Shown: piece after piece, positions 26,727 through 36,854 of the stretch
Numbering within the stretch: position 1 is the first letter of the stretch
Layout of the letters: each line of letters begins with the position of its first letter
From: Desulfurivibrionaceae bacterium
GTDB taxonomy: Bacteria; Desulfobacterota; Desulfobulbia; Desulfobulbales; SURF-16
NCBI GenBank assembly: GCA_031581485.1
Contig: JAVLBA010000004.1
Coordinates: forward strand, 3,741 to 67,740
Length of the DNA stretch: 64,000 bases
Direction: 5' to 3'
Position numbers and translations under genes: made by a program
Notes under the pieces: generated by a model
Seen by the model: the letters and a program-made list of their open reading frames with translations, nothing else
Database searches by the model: none
What the model was told of the DNA's origin: nothing

Positions 26727-27086
26727 TTAATTGACGCCGCGCTCGCGGATACGAGCCGCCTTGCCACGCAGGTCACGCAGGTAGTAGAGCTTGGAGCGCC
26801 GGACCCGGCCGCGGCTAACCACCTCAATCTTCTGAAGACGGGGATTGTGGAGGGCAAAAATCTTTTCGACGCCGACGCCGTGGGAGATCTTGCGCACGGT
26901 GAAGTTGGAACCCATGCCGCGATTCCGACGGCCGATAACCACGCCCTCAAAGATCTGGATCCTTTCCTTGGCACCCTCAACAATGCGGATGTGAACCTTG
27001 ACGGAGTCACCGGAACGAAAGTCGGGGAGATCAAACTTCATACTCTCTTTTTCAATCTGGTCGATGATGATGCTCATTGTTGTCAC
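26727..27086 (-). CDS. rplS: 50S ribosomal protein L19
   Basis: 119 aa ([20 protein letters not shown]). Confidence 0.95.
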   Translation of the reverse strand: MTTMSIIIDQIEKESMKFDLPDFRSGDSVKVHIRIVEGAKERIQIFEGVVIGRRNRGMGSNFTVRKISHGVGVEKIFALHNPRLQKIEVVSRGRVRRSKLYYLRDLRGKAARIRERGVN

Positions 27087-27129
27087 TCTCTTTGTTGTGT
27101 TGATCCGATTGGCAAACCGGGTATTTATC

Positions 27130-27687
27130 TTACAAATCTCGTGATCCGAGAATTCTATCCAATATTATGGCAACCGCTGACCGTACCGAAAGATGGTTAT
27201 AGTCACCGGCGCCGCGGATGGGCGGCAAGGAGCCGTCCACCATGGCAAAAACTTCTTCCGTGAACCCCCAGGCGGTCCCGAAAAGCAGCAGATAATTTTC
27301 CTTTGCCGCCACACCGTCCCGGACGTCCTGAAAACCAATGGTCTTCTTCTGCTCAGCGGCACAGGTGGCCAGGATGGTGGGCCTGCCCTGCCTGGCGCTG
27401 GTGACGCGCTCAAAAAGCTCTTCAAGATCCGTGCAGATCTCAATAACGGTCAAGGCCTCTTTGCGGTCCTTGTTGTAGAGGGCGCCGTGGCCCTCCTGCC
27501 AGTGGCTGACAATTTCCCGCACCAGTTCCTGCTGATCTGCAAAGGGGGTAACGATGTAGACCGTCTCCACCCCGTAGGTTCGCCCGGCCCGGGCCAGATC
27601 ATGGAGATCAAGATTGGTCACAGCGGAACCGATGATCTCCCGATTTTTATTATATACCGGATAATGAATAAGAGCGATATCCAGCAT
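27130..27687 (-). CDS. Putative SAM-dependent RNA methyltransferase of the kind often found between trmD and rplS
   Basis: I take the start at [14 protein letters not shown] (27687). The N-terminal extension in the track ORF overlaps trmD. The family call is from memory (Methyltrn_RNA_4-like). Confidence 0.6.
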   Translation of the reverse strand: MLDIALIHYPVYNKNREIIGSAVTNLDLHDLARAGRTYGVETVYIVTPFADQQELVREIVSHWQEGHGALYNKDRKEALTVIEICTDLEELFERVTSARQGRPTILATCAAEQKKTIGFQDVRDGVAAKENYLLLFGTAWGFTEEVFAMVDGSLPPIRGAGDYNHLSVRSAVAIILDRILGSRDL

Positions 27688-27715
27688 AGGTTCCACCATG
27701 GCCCAACACAGCCGG

Positions 27716-28447
27716 TCAAATAATGCCGTGTTTTTTGAGAAGGTTACGCTCTTTGCCGGAAAACTCCATGGTGGCAAAGAGATCAGGCCGTCTGTTTTTT
27801 GTCTTGGTCACGGCCTGCAGCCAGCGCCACTGCTCAATCTTGGCGTGATCGCCAGAGAGCAGAATCGCCGGCACCTCCTGATCGGCAAAGAGGCGCGGCC
27901 TGGTATATTGCGGATACTTGAGGCTGCCCCGGCTGAAGGTATCACCACTCACCGATTCCGCACAGCCCAGAACCCCGGGCAAAAGCCTGGTCACGGCGTC
28001 AATGATGATCATGGCCCCCAACTCGCCACCGGTAAGGATATAGTCACCGATGGAAATCTCTTCATCCACCTGCTGATCAATATAACGCTGGTCAACGCCC
28101 TCGTACCGTCCGCAGACCAGGATCAGCTGCTCCAGGCCGGCAAATTCTTCCGCCACCTTCTGGTCAAAACGGCGCCCCTGGGGACTCAGCAGCACGACCT
28201 TGCCGCTTCCTGCCCCCCGCACCTGGTTGGTGGCAGCGGTGAGGGGTTCCGGCTTCATGACCATGCCTTCCCCGCCGCCAAAGGGGCGGTCATCGGTCAT
28301 GGCATGCTTATCCGTGGCAAAATCACGGATATTGGTGATCACAACCTCGATCTTGCCATCCTGTCGGGCCCGGCGGATGATCCCTTCCTCTAAAGGGGAG
28401 GTAAGCAGGTCCGGAAAGATGGTGAGGACATCAAAACGGAGACTCAT
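27716..28447 (-). CDS. trmD: tRNA (guanine37-N1)-methyltransferase
   Basis: 243 aa (FDVLTIFP, GGGEGMVM, GRYEGVDQR). Confidence 0.95.
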   Translation of the reverse strand: MSLRFDVLTIFPDLLTSPLEEGIIRRARQDGKIEVVITNIRDFATDKHAMTDDRPFGGGEGMVMKPEPLTAATNQVRGAGSGKVVLLSPQGRRFDQKVAEEFAGLEQLILVCGRYEGVDQRYIDQQVDEEISIGDYILTGGELGAMIIIDAVTRLLPGVLGCAESVSGDTFSRGSLKYPQYTRPRLFADQEVPAILLSGDHAKIEQWRWLQAVTKTKNRRPDLFATMEFSGKERNLLKKHGII

Positions 28448-28986
28448 TGTGCGCGGTTGATATCACGGAAACCAGGGGGCAGATCAACAATGATCCCTGC
28501 CGGCCCGATTTCCACCACAAATTCCGGCCCACTGGGGATGAGCATCTCCTCCCCATCCTGCTGAACCACCATCAACTCGGTGCCGCCGGCGGTCAACAGA
28601 GAGGTGAGGTTGCCCAGGGAGTTGCCCTCCAGGTCCTTCACCTCCGCGCCCATGACCTCATGCCAATAAAACTCATCAGCGGCCAAAGGGGCGAGGGCCT
28701 CCTCAGCCACCCAGACCTGGCAGCCCACCAGGGCCTCAGCGCCGTTGCGGTCAGCCACTCCGGCCAGGGCCACCACGGCAACATTGCCCTGGCTCCGAAA
28801 AGAGGTCACTTTATAATCCAGGGGCTGTCCCTGGTCGGCAATCAGGACAAGCTCGGAGTAGTCGCGGAAATTCTCCGGCTGGCCCGAGAGGCTGTGGATC
28901 CTCACCTCACCGCGGATGCCTTGCGGTTTGGTGATGACGCCCACATGGATCAGACCTGGAGGTCCTGTCACCTTGCCACCTGCCAT
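28444..28986 (-). CDS. rimM: 16S rRNA processing protein RimM
   Basis: 180 aa (GVITKPQGIRGEVR, PRC-barrel C-terminus). Operon context: rpsP, KH protein, rimM, trmD. Confidence 0.9.
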   Translation of the reverse strand: MAGGKVTGPPGLIHVGVITKPQGIRGEVRIHSLSGQPENFRDYSELVLIADQGQPLDYKVTSFRSQGNVAVVALAGVADRNGAEALVGCQVWVAEEALAPLAADEFYWHEVMGAEVKDLEGNSLGNLTSLLTAGGTELMVVQQDGEEMLIPSGPEFVVEIGPAGIIVDLPPGFRDINRAQ

Positions 28987-28989
28987 CTG

Positions 28990-29226
28990 CTATTCAACAA
29001 TTTCCAGCCGGATATCCTTGCCGCTGCCGGCAGTGGCCGCAGCCAGCAACGAGCGCATGGCCCGGGCGGTACGGCCCTGCTTGCCGATCACCTTGCCCAG
29101 ATCATCCGGCGCCACGCGCAGCTCTATGGTCCGGGCCTCATCCTGGTCAATTTCCTTGACCTCCACACTGGCCGGGTCTTCCACCAGGGCCGTGGCTATA
29201 TAGCGAATGAGTTCAAGTTCCTGCAT
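28990..29226 (-). CDS. KH-domain RNA-binding protein (UPF0109/YlqC-like)
   Basis: 78 aa (GKVIGKQGRTARAMRSLL). Confidence 0.85.
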   Translation of the reverse strand: MQELELIRYIATALVEDPASVEVKEIDQDEARTIELRVAPDDLGKVIGKQGRTARAMRSLLAAATAGSGKDIRLEIVE

Positions 29227-29469
29227 TTATTCGGCAACAACCTTGGCTATCAGGCTTTTGACGGTGGTGGAGGGGGTAGCGCCCCGGCCAAGCCAATGCT
29301 GCAGCTTTTCCTGATTGATGGTGACTGCTGCCGGATCCTGCATGGGGTCATAGGTGCCCACTACATCCAGGAATTTACCATCACGGGGGGCCTCAGAGTT
29401 TGCCGCCACAATGCGGTAAAAGGGCTTTTTCTTCTTACCCATTCTGGTCAAACGAATTTTTACAGCCAT
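29227..29469 (-). CDS. rpsP: 30S ribosomal protein S16
   Basis: I take the start at [21 protein letters not shown] (29469). The 45 upstream codons in the track ORF are probably not translated. Confidence 0.95.
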   Translation of the reverse strand: MAVKIRLTRMGKKKKPFYRIVAANSEAPRDGKFLDVVGTYDPMQDPAAVTINQEKLQHWLGRGATPSTTVKSLIAKVVAE

Positions 29470-29609
29470 GTTCTTCTCCTTAAAAAGAGCGTTTTCCAGG
29501 GAGCAATGGCCAAGACCACCTGTCCAGCCGAAACCATCCACCCAAAAACCCTTTATTTTATAATACAATCTATCTTTGTTATTGGTTAAAGAAGCGCCAA
29601 CCACCGCCT

Positions 29610-30974
29610 CTATCTCATTAATCCCTTGGGTCGCTTGCGCTTCTTCTTGCCGCCGGCCATGGCAGGGCCACCACCCACCTTGCCCTTCATCTTCTGCATC
29701 ATCTTGAGCATTTCGGTGTAGCTTTTGAGCACCTTGTTGACATCCTGTACCGTGGTGCCGCTGCCCCGGGCAATACGCTGCCTGCGGCTGGCGGTGATGA
29801 TCTGATGTTTGCGCCGTTCCTCGGCAGTCATGGAGCGGATAACCGCCTCCACCTTGCCCAGTTCCTTTTCATCAGGCTTCTGCATATTCTGCATCTGCTT
29901 CATGCGGTTCAGGCCTGGGATCATCCCCATGATCTGCTCCAGGGAACCCATTTTCTTGATCTGCTGGATCTGATCGAGAAAATCCTCCAGGGTGAAGGCA
30001 TCCCTGCTGATCTTCCTGGCCAGCTGGTCGGCCTGCTTCTTGTCGACAACCTCTTCCGCCTTTTCAATGAGGGTGAGAAGGTCGCCCATGCCCAGGATAC
30101 GGGAAGCCACCCGGTCAGGATGAAAAACCTCCAGGGCGTCAAGCTCTTCACCAACCCCGACAAACTTGATGGGGCGCTGGGTCACCTTTTTGATGGAAAG
30201 CGCTGCACCGCCGCGGGCATCGCCCTCCATCTTGGTGAGCAGGACACCGGAGATGGCCAGATCCTGATTAAATTTTTCGGCAACCGTAACCGCATCCTGA
30301 CCCGTCATGGCATCTGCCACAAAGAGGATCTCTGCCGGGTTTACCGCTGCCTTGATATTCCCCAGCTCAGCCATGAGCGTTTCATCAACATGGAGACGAC
30401 CGGCCGTATCAATGAGCAGGGTGTCGTAATTGTTGTTGACGGCCGCCTTTACGGCATTCCTGGCAATGGCCACCGGATCCTGATCCGCGGTGGAGGGATG
30501 GACCGGAATGGCCAGGCTCTCGCCCAGGATGGTGAGCTGCTGGATAGCGGCAGGCCGATAGACGTCCGCCGGGACCAGGTAGGGACGCCTCCCCTGCTTC
30601 TTTAATAATTTTGCCAGCTTACCGGCAGAGGTCGTCTTACCGGAACCCTGCAGACCCACCAGCATGATAATGGCCGGCCCTTTGCCGCCCAGCTGCAGGG
30701 GCGCAGCCTCGCCGCCCAGGAGCTCCACCAGCTCATCATGGACGATCTTGACCACTTGCTGGCCAGGTGAAAGGCTTTCCGTGACCTCATGGCCCACCGC
30801 CTTCTTCTCGATGGTGGCGATAAAATCCTTGACCACCTTGAAGTTGACGTCGGCCTCCAGCAGGGCCATACGCACTTCTTTCAGGGCTTCCTGAATATTC
30901 TTCTCAGAGAGCTTGCCGTGGCCGCGCAGGTCGCGGAACACTTTATTGAGGCGATCGGAAAGATTATCAAACAT
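29610..30974 (-). CDS. ffh: Signal recognition particle protein
   Basis: 454 aa with P-loop [14 protein letters not shown], and a Met-rich M domain. Confidence 0.95.
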   Translation of the reverse strand: MFDNLSDRLNKVFRDLRGHGKLSEKNIQEALKEVRMALLEADVNFKVVKDFIATIEKKAVGHEVTESLSPGQQVVKIVHDELVELLGGEAAPLQLGGKGPAIIMLVGLQGSGKTTSAGKLAKLLKKQGRRPYLVPADVYRPAAIQQLTILGESLAIPVHPSTADQDPVAIARNAVKAAVNNNYDTLLIDTAGRLHVDETLMAELGNIKAAVNPAEILFVADAMTGQDAVTVAEKFNQDLAISGVLLTKMEGDARGGAALSIKKVTQRPIKFVGVGEELDALEVFHPDRVASRILGMGDLLTLIEKAEEVVDKKQADQLARKISRDAFTLEDFLDQIQQIKKMGSLEQIMGMIPGLNRMKQMQNMQKPDEKELGKVEAVIRSMTAEERRKHQIITASRRQRIARGSGTTVQDVNKVLKSYTEMLKMMQKMKGKVGGGPAMAGGKKKRKRPKGLMR

Positions 30975-31275
30975 TTTATTTTATAGGCACTGTCTGTCAG
31001 AAGCTGCAATTAACAGGAGATGGGGCCACGCCCAGGGCGCACCCATACACCTGAATATGGAAACAGGAGAAATTACTTGGTCTGCCTTTGGATGTCAAGT
31101 TTTTAAAGGGACTCCCCAGGCGCCGCCGCCCCACCTCTTTTTGGGGGATCTATCGCCCCCTTGACGGCCAACCCGAACGCTTTACCCTTGCCACAACCTG
31201 CCGCCTCCCCAAAGCTGTTTTTTCCCCCGCAGCAGAGAGGAGACGGCCTCAGGACCCGGGGTGATGGCAGAGCTG

Positions 31276-32211
31276 TTAGATCTTTTCCAGACAGGCGGCC
31301 AAGGTGGCTGGATCCTCCACCTGCAGACAGGTGCAGTTATGACCCGGGGGCAGCACTTTTTTCATCAGGCCGGTGAGCACCTTCTTGGGCCCCACCTCGA
31401 TGAAGGTGGTGGCGCCCTGGTGGTACATGGCCATGATGATCTCATACCACCTGACCATGGCGGCAATCTGCTGGCTCATCATGGCGCGGATGAGCTGGGG
31501 ATCCGTCTCCGGGGCGGCAGTGACATTGAAGAGCATGGTGGCCCGGGGCGGGCTGAAGGTCACCCCGGCCATGGCCTTTTCAAAATCGGCAATGGCCCCG
31601 GCCACCAGCCGGGAATGCCAGGCGCCGCTCACCGGCAGGGCAATGGCCTTGCCGCCCTTTTGCGCCGCCAGGACGCCCACCGCCTCCACCGCCTCCCTGA
31701 CCCCGGAAATGACGATCTGCTGGGCCGAGTTATAGTTGGCGATTGTCACCTCTCCCTTCTCCCGGCAGGCGGCAACAAGCCCCTCCACCTCCTCGATGCC
31801 CAGCTTCAAGATGGCGCTCATGGCACCGGGATTGGCCCGGGCCTCCCGCTCCATGAGCCGGCCCCTTTCGGTGACCAGCTGCAGGGCGTCCTCAGCGGAA
31901 AGGACGCCGGCGGCCTGGAGGGCGGCATATTCCCCCAGGGAATGGCCGGCAAAGAAATCACCCTTAACGCCGGCCTTGGCCAGGGCCTGCCAGCAGATAA
32001 GATTGAGCACGGTCACTGCCGGCTGCAGATGGAGGGTACGGGTGAGCTCCTCCAGGGGGCCCTGCAGGCACAGCTTCTTCAGGGGGAAGCCGGAAATCTC
32101 TTCGGCCTTGGCCATCAGGGCCTGGGCATCGCTGTCTGTATCAAGAAAATCCCTGCCCATGCCGACAAACTGCGAGCCCTGGCCGGGAAAGAGAATTGCT
32201 GTTTTCGCCAT
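31276..32211 (-). CDS. fabD: Malonyl-CoA:ACP transacylase
   Basis: 311 aa (GQGSQ, GHSLGEYAAL). Confidence 0.9.
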   Translation of the reverse strand: MAKTAILFPGQGSQFVGMGRDFLDTDSDAQALMAKAEEISGFPLKKLCLQGPLEELTRTLHLQPAVTVLNLICWQALAKAGVKGDFFAGHSLGEYAALQAAGVLSAEDALQLVTERGRLMEREARANPGAMSAILKLGIEEVEGLVAACREKGEVTIANYNSAQQIVISGVREAVEAVGVLAAQKGGKAIALPVSGAWHSRLVAGAIADFEKAMAGVTFSPPRATMLFNVTAAPETDPQLIRAMMSQQIAAMVRWYEIIMAMYHQGATTFIEVGPKKVLTGLMKKVLPPGHNCTCLQVEDPATLAACLEKI

Positions 32212-32251
32212 TTTTCTACTCCTTGTGCAGTGAGATCAAGCGGGGAAAGAA

Positions 32252-32776
32252 TTATATTTTGTCCGGGTTGCCGTCCCGCAGGTTCCGGTAGAGAAACAGC
32301 CCCACCCCTATACAGATGGCGGAATCAGCCACATTGAAGGCGGGCCAGTGATACCCGGCCAGATAAAAGTCGAGGAAATCCACCACAGAGCCAAAACGGA
32401 GGCGATCAATGAGGTTGCCCACCGCGCCGCCGGCGATCAGACCCAGGGCTACGGTATAGGCCCTGTTCTTCAGGCAGTACTGCTTGAACAACACCAGGAT
32501 AAAGGCCAGGGCGCCCACGGCCACGGCAATAAAGAACCACTTTTTCCAGGCGCCCTCCGCCGAGGCGAGCAGGCTGAAGGCGGCGCCGCTGTTATGGAGA
32601 TAGACCAGGTTGAAAAAGCCGGGGATCACCTCCCGCAGCTCATGGAGCCTGAAGCTCTCCATAATCCACCATTTCGTGGCCTGATCCAGGGCCACCACCC
32701 CCCAGAGGATGGAGAGCATGGAGTAGAAGCGGCGCATGGCCAGATTGACATGAGACGGGGGTACTTGAGATGCCAT
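32252..32776 (-). CDS. lspA: Lipoprotein signal peptidase II
   Basis: I take the start at MASQVPPSH (32776), downstream of the ileS stop. Motifs NSGAAFS, NLIDR and FNVADS are present. Confidence 0.85.
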   Translation of the reverse strand: MASQVPPSHVNLAMRRFYSMLSILWGVVALDQATKWWIMESFRLHELREVIPGFFNLVYLHNSGAAFSLLASAEGAWKKWFFIAVAVGALAFILVLFKQYCLKNRAYTVALGLIAGGAVGNLIDRLRFGSVVDFLDFYLAGYHWPAFNVADSAICIGVGLFLYRNLRDGNPDKI

Positions 32777-32853
32777 AGTTTTTTCAAAAGGGCTGAGAGG
32801 GGAGCAATGGACAGGGATGAGCGCGGCCGGCCTCCCTCCCTTATGTCTCGCTC

Positions 32854-35643
32854 TTATACAAGTTCGTTGATAACCCCGAGGCAGCGGCTGCACAGGGTGG
32901 GATGCGCGCCATCAGCACCAACCGTGGTGCTGCGGGTCCAGCACCGCTCACATTTATCGCCGCTGGCCGGTCTGACCAGCAGATGAAGGCCGTCCACCTC
33001 CTGGCAGGCCACGGCGCCAACAGGCGGCACCTCTGCCCGGGTCAGGACGGAGACATTGGAGATCCTCTCCAGGGTCTGCCATTTATCGGCCAGAAAAGCG
33101 ACCAGCTCAGGGCCGGCGGTGAGTACCACCTCGGCCTCCAGGGGATGGCCGATCACCTTGTCACGGCGGGCCGCCTCCAGGACCCTGGTAATCTCGCCCC
33201 GCACCTCCTGCAGACGTTTCCAGGTGGCATGCAGCTCATCCTGGAGATAGGCGTCGTTCTCCTCGGGAAAGAGGGCAATGAAGATATTCTCCTCCCGATC
33301 GGCATCGGCGGGCAGATACTCCCACGACTCCACCGCCGTAAAGGTGGCCACCGGCGCCATCAGCTTGAGCATGCCCACCAGGATCTCGTACAGCACGGTC
33401 TGGGCGGAACGGCGCAGACGGGAGGCGGGGAGCTCCGAATAGAGACGGTCCTTGAGGATATCCAGGTAGAAATTACTCATGGTCACGGTGCAGAATTGGT
33501 GGAGACCATGGAAGACGTGGTGAAACTCATAGGCATCATAGCCGTTGCGGACCCGGCGCTTCATGCGCTCATACTGGGCCAGGGCCCAGCAATCCAGCTC
33601 CTCCATCTCGGCAAAGGCCACCGTATCGGTGGCGGGATTAAAATCTCCGAGATTGCTGAGCAGATAGCGGATAGTGTTTCTGATCTTGCGATAGGCATCG
33701 GCGAGCTGCTTCAGCATCTCTTTGGAGATCTTGATCTCGTCGCTGTAATCTTCGGAGGAGACCCAGAGACGCAGGATCTCGGCCCCGTACTCCTTGATGA
33801 TCTCTTCAGGGGCGATGACATTGCCCACGGACTTGGACATCTTCCGGCCGTTCTTGTCCACCACAAAGCCGTGAGTGAGCACGCTCTTGTAGGGGGCAGT
33901 ACCCCGGGTTCCCACCGAGGCCAGCAGGGAGCTCTGGAACCAGCCGCGATGCTGGTCTGAACCCTCCAGGTAGAGATCGGCAGGGGTGGGCAGACCGCGC
34001 TCCTCGAGCACGGCGGCATAGCTGACCCCGGAATCAAACCAGACGTCCAGAATATCTTCTTCCTTCTTGAACTCGGTGGAGCCGCAGCTGCCGCACACCG
34101 CGTCCTTACCGAGAAAAATGCTGACATCATGGATAAACCAGGCATCAGCCCCCTCCTGCCGGAAGAGCTCGTCAATGCGGTCGTTCACCTGGTCGGTGTT
34201 CATGATCTGGCCGCATTTTTCGCAGAGAATAGCGGTGATGGGCACTCCCCAGGCCCGTTGCCGGGAGAGGCACCAGTCAGGCCGGTTCTCCACCATGCCG
34301 TGGATGCGCTCCATCCCCCAGCTCGGCGTCCAGGCCACTTCCTTGATGGCGGCCAGGGCCTTGTCGCGGAGCTGGTTGCTCTCCATGCCGATGAACCACT
34401 GTTCCGTGGCCCGGAAGATCACCGGTTTCCGGCAGCGCCAGCAATGGGGATAACTGTGGCTCATCTCTTTTTGGGCCAGCAGATGACCGCTCGCCGCTAG
34501 ATCCTCGCAGATCAGCAGATTGGCATCCCTGATATGCATGCCGGCATAGGCGCCCGCCTCTTCGGTGAAAACACCCTGGTCGTCCACCGGGCTCAGCACC
34601 TCCAGATCATAGTTGAGGCCGGTGATGTAATCCTCGCGGCCATGACCGGGGGCGGTGTGGACACAGCCGGTACCCGTCTCCAGGGTGACGTAATCGGCCA
34701 GAACGATCTGGGAGTGGCGGGCCAGGAAAGGATGCCGGCAGCGGCGGCCTTCCAGAAGACGGCCAGAAAAAACGGCGAGCTCCCGGTACTCCTCCAGGCC
34801 AAAGACGGCCATGGCCTTTTCCACCAGGGCCTGGGCCATGATCAGCACCTCGCCGTTCACCTCCACGGCGGCGTAATCAAACTGGGGATGGAGGGCCACC
34901 CCCATATTGGCGGGCAGGGTCCAGGGGGTGGTGGTCCAGATCACCACCGAACTCTTTTTGCCGGCCAGCTCCGGGATAAGATCACCCAGATCCTGCTCCA
35001 CCTCGAATTTGACATAGATGGAGTGGGAGGTGTGGTCGTCATACTCCACCTCGGCCTCAGCCAGGGCAGTGACACAGGAAGAGCACCAGTAGACCGGCTT
35101 TTTGCTGCGCACCACGGAGCCGTTCATCAGAAAACGGTTGAACTCCCGGGCAATGGCCGCCTCGTAGGAATAATGGATGGTGAGATAGGGGTTGTCCCAG
35201 TCCGCCAGCACCCCGAAACGCTGAAACTCCGCCTTCTGGGTCTTCACCCATTTTTCGGCATATTTGCGGCAGGCGGCCCGGAAAGAGAGCTTGGGCACCT
35301 CCTTCTTCTTGGCCCCCATCTCCTTGTCGACATTGAGCTCAATGGGCAGGCCATGACAGTCCCAGCCCGGCACAAAGGGGGCGTGAAAGCCTGCCATGCG
35401 GCGGGACTTGAGGATAATATCCTTTAAGATCTTGTTAAAGGCATGGCCCATGTGGAGATGCCCATTGGCATAGGGAGGGCCGTCATGGAGGATATAGAGA
35501 GGCCGCTGCCGGGTGGCCTCCTGGACCTGGGCGTAGAGATCATCCTTTTGCCATTTTTTCAAATATGCAGGCTCTTTCTGGGTGAGATTGGCCTTCATTT
35601 TAAAATTTGTTGCTGGCAGGTTCAGGGTTTCCCTGTAATCCAT
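32854..35643 (-). CDS. ileS: Isoleucine--tRNA ligase
   Basis: I take the start at MDYRETLNLPAT (35643). HIGH-type motif PYANGHLHMGH, KMSKS, and a C-terminal zinc motif CERCW...CSRC are present. Confidence 0.95.
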   Translation of the reverse strand: MDYRETLNLPATNFKMKANLTQKEPAYLKKWQKDDLYAQVQEATRQRPLYILHDGPPYANGHLHMGHAFNKILKDIILKSRRMAGFHAPFVPGWDCHGLPIELNVDKEMGAKKKEVPKLSFRAACRKYAEKWVKTQKAEFQRFGVLADWDNPYLTIHYSYEAAIAREFNRFLMNGSVVRSKKPVYWCSSCVTALAEAEVEYDDHTSHSIYVKFEVEQDLGDLIPELAGKKSSVVIWTTTPWTLPANMGVALHPQFDYAAVEVNGEVLIMAQALVEKAMAVFGLEEYRELAVFSGRLLEGRRCRHPFLARHSQIVLADYVTLETGTGCVHTAPGHGREDYITGLNYDLEVLSPVDDQGVFTEEAGAYAGMHIRDANLLICEDLAASGHLLAQKEMSHSYPHCWRCRKPVIFRATEQWFIGMESNQLRDKALAAIKEVAWTPSWGMERIHGMVENRPDWCLSRQRAWGVPITAILCEKCGQIMNTDQVNDRIDELFRQEGADAWFIHDVSIFLGKDAVCGSCGSTEFKKEEDILDVWFDSGVSYAAVLEERGLPTPADLYLEGSDQHRGWFQSSLLASVGTRGTAPYKSVLTHGFVVDKNGRKMSKSVGNVIAPEEIIKEYGAEILRLWVSSEDYSDEIKISKEMLKQLADAYRKIRNTIRYLLSNLGDFNPATDTVAFAEMEELDCWALAQYERMKRRVRNGYDAYEFHHVFHGLHQFCTVTMSNFYLDILKDRLYSELPASRLRRSAQTVLYEILVGMLKLMAPVATFTAVESWEYLPADADREENIFIALFPEENDAYLQDELHATWKRLQEVRGEITRVLEAARRDKVIGHPLEAEVVLTAGPELVAFLADKWQTLERISNVSVLTRAEVPPVGAVACQEVDGLHLLVRPASGDKCERCWTRSTTVGADGAHPTLCSRCLGVINELV

Positions 35644-35804
35644 AAAATCATCTCCATGAGAAAATATCCGCACGACCTCGACATGGGCCGGGTTTGCACT
35701 GTAAAAATGGCCTGCCCCTAAGGGAGGACATAAACCCGCTAAAATACCAACTCCCCCTTTTCTTGCAAGGGTTATGTGGCGAAAACGACCCGGAAGATGC
35801 GAAA

Positions 35805-35894
35805 TAAGGAGTTGAGAAATAAGAAGTTAGCAGGTAAACAAAAAAGAGGTAATTTTCAACATGGGCTTCCCCATTCTTATTTCTCAACTTCTTA
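35805..35894. repeat. Long hairpin in the ileS/CooC-like divergent region (21-bp stem, 48-nt loop)
   Basis: 35805-35825 (TAAGGAGTTGAGAAATAAGAA) pairs with 35874-35894, with 20 Watson-Crick pairs and 1 G.U. The right arm ends 20 nt before the CooC-like ATG. Confidence 0.75.
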
Positions 35895-35913
35895 CTCCAG
35901 ACATTCTCTAAAT

Positions 35914-36678
35914 ATGACCCCAAAAATAATAGCCATGGCCGGCAAGGGCGGCACCGGCAAGACCACCCTCTCGGCTCTGCTCATCAAATATCTGGTGAGC
36001 CGCCAGCAGACGCCCATCCTGGCCGTGGATGCCGACGCCAACGCCAACCTCAACGAACTGCTTGGCCTGGACATCGACATGACCATCGGCGCGATCAGAC
36101 AGGAGCTGAAGGGCGATCTGCCCATAGGCATGACCCGCGACCAGTTCATGGAGATGAAGATCCAGCAGGCCATCATTGAAGAATCAGGCTATGACCTGCT
36201 GGTCATGGGCCAGCCGGACGCCCCGGGCTGCTACTGCGCGGCCAACCAGTACCTGGCCATGACCATGGAGCGGCTGGCCGGCAATTATCGCTACATCCTC
36301 GTCGACAACGAGGCGGGCATGGAGCACTTGAGCCGCCTCAACCTGCGGGTGATAGACTACCTGCTCATCGTCTCCGATCCTTCGGCCCGGGGCATCCTCA
36401 CGGCCCGCCGCATTGCCGACATCACCACGCCGCTGGGGCTGGAGGTCAAAAACAAATACCTCATGGTCAACCGCACCCCCACCCCCCTTTCGCCGGAGCT
36501 GGAGGCCAAGATCAGCGAGGCCGTGGCCGACAGCCACCTGCCCTTAGGGGGCATCTTCCCAGCCAGTGACGAGCTTATCCAGCAGGAGATCAGGGGTGGC
36601 TCCTACCTTGAACTGGAGGAGGATGTGCCTGTGCTGCAGACCGCCTTTGCCGCCTTTGATAAGATTTTCAGTGAGTGA
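35914..36678 (+). CDS. CooC/AcsF-type MinD-family ATPase (nickel-insertion accessory protein type); orphan here
   Basis: I take the start at MTPKIIAMAGKGGTGKTT (35914). It has a deviant Walker A and the CooC-type C-x-C motif (GCYCAAN). There is no CODH/ACS gene in the window. Confidence 0.75.
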   Translation: MTPKIIAMAGKGGTGKTTLSALLIKYLVSRQQTPILAVDADANANLNELLGLDIDMTIGAIRQELKGDLPIGMTRDQFMEMKIQQAIIEESGYDLLVMGQPDAPGCYCAANQYLAMTMERLAGNYRYILVDNEAGMEHLSRLNLRVIDYLLIVSDPSARGILTARRIADITTPLGLEVKNKYLMVNRTPTPLSPELEAKISEAVADSHLPLGGIFPASDELIQQEIRGGSYLELEEDVPVLQTAFAAFDKIFSE

Positions 36679-36713
36679 TTTTTGCCACAGAATCCACGGA
36701 AAACAAAAAATAA

Positions 36714-36780
36714 CCACAGAGACACAGGGAGCACAGAGGTAACCCCGTTTGCAAAAAAGACTTTTCTGTGCACTCTGTGG
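36714..36780. repeat. CACAGAG-type imperfect hairpin downstream of the CooC-like gene
   Basis: CCACAGAG(36714-21)...CACAGA pairs with TCTGTG...CTCTGTGG(36773-80). Confidence 0.6.
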
Positions 36781-36792
36781 TGAAAAATAAAA

Positions 36793-36827
36793 AAGAGCCC
36801 GTTGCGATTATCTCGCACCGGGCTCTT
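36793..36827. terminator. Bidirectional intrinsic terminator
   Basis: AAGAGCCCG...CGGGCTCTT stem, flanked by an A-run upstream and TTTTTAT downstream. Confidence 0.7.
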
Positions 36828-36854
36828 TTTATGTACATCAGTATCTAACGACGT

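Noticed and set aside
30975-31275. The 300-nt gap between ffh and fabD, checked for SRP RNA or another ncRNA
   Set aside because: I recognised no conserved 4.5S-type motif and no strong structure.
22709-33960. Other long plus-strand ORFs: 22709..23854, 24490..25824, 28447..29589, 31261..32337 and 32902..33960. ORFs 53417..54466, 44960..45718 and 45624..46574 are of the same kind.
   Set aside because: Each lies entirely inside a well-supported minus-strand gene (TPR, pdxA, rimM/rpsP, fabD, ileS, EBP, fliH, fliG) and is Gly/His/Leu/Gln-rich with no motifs.
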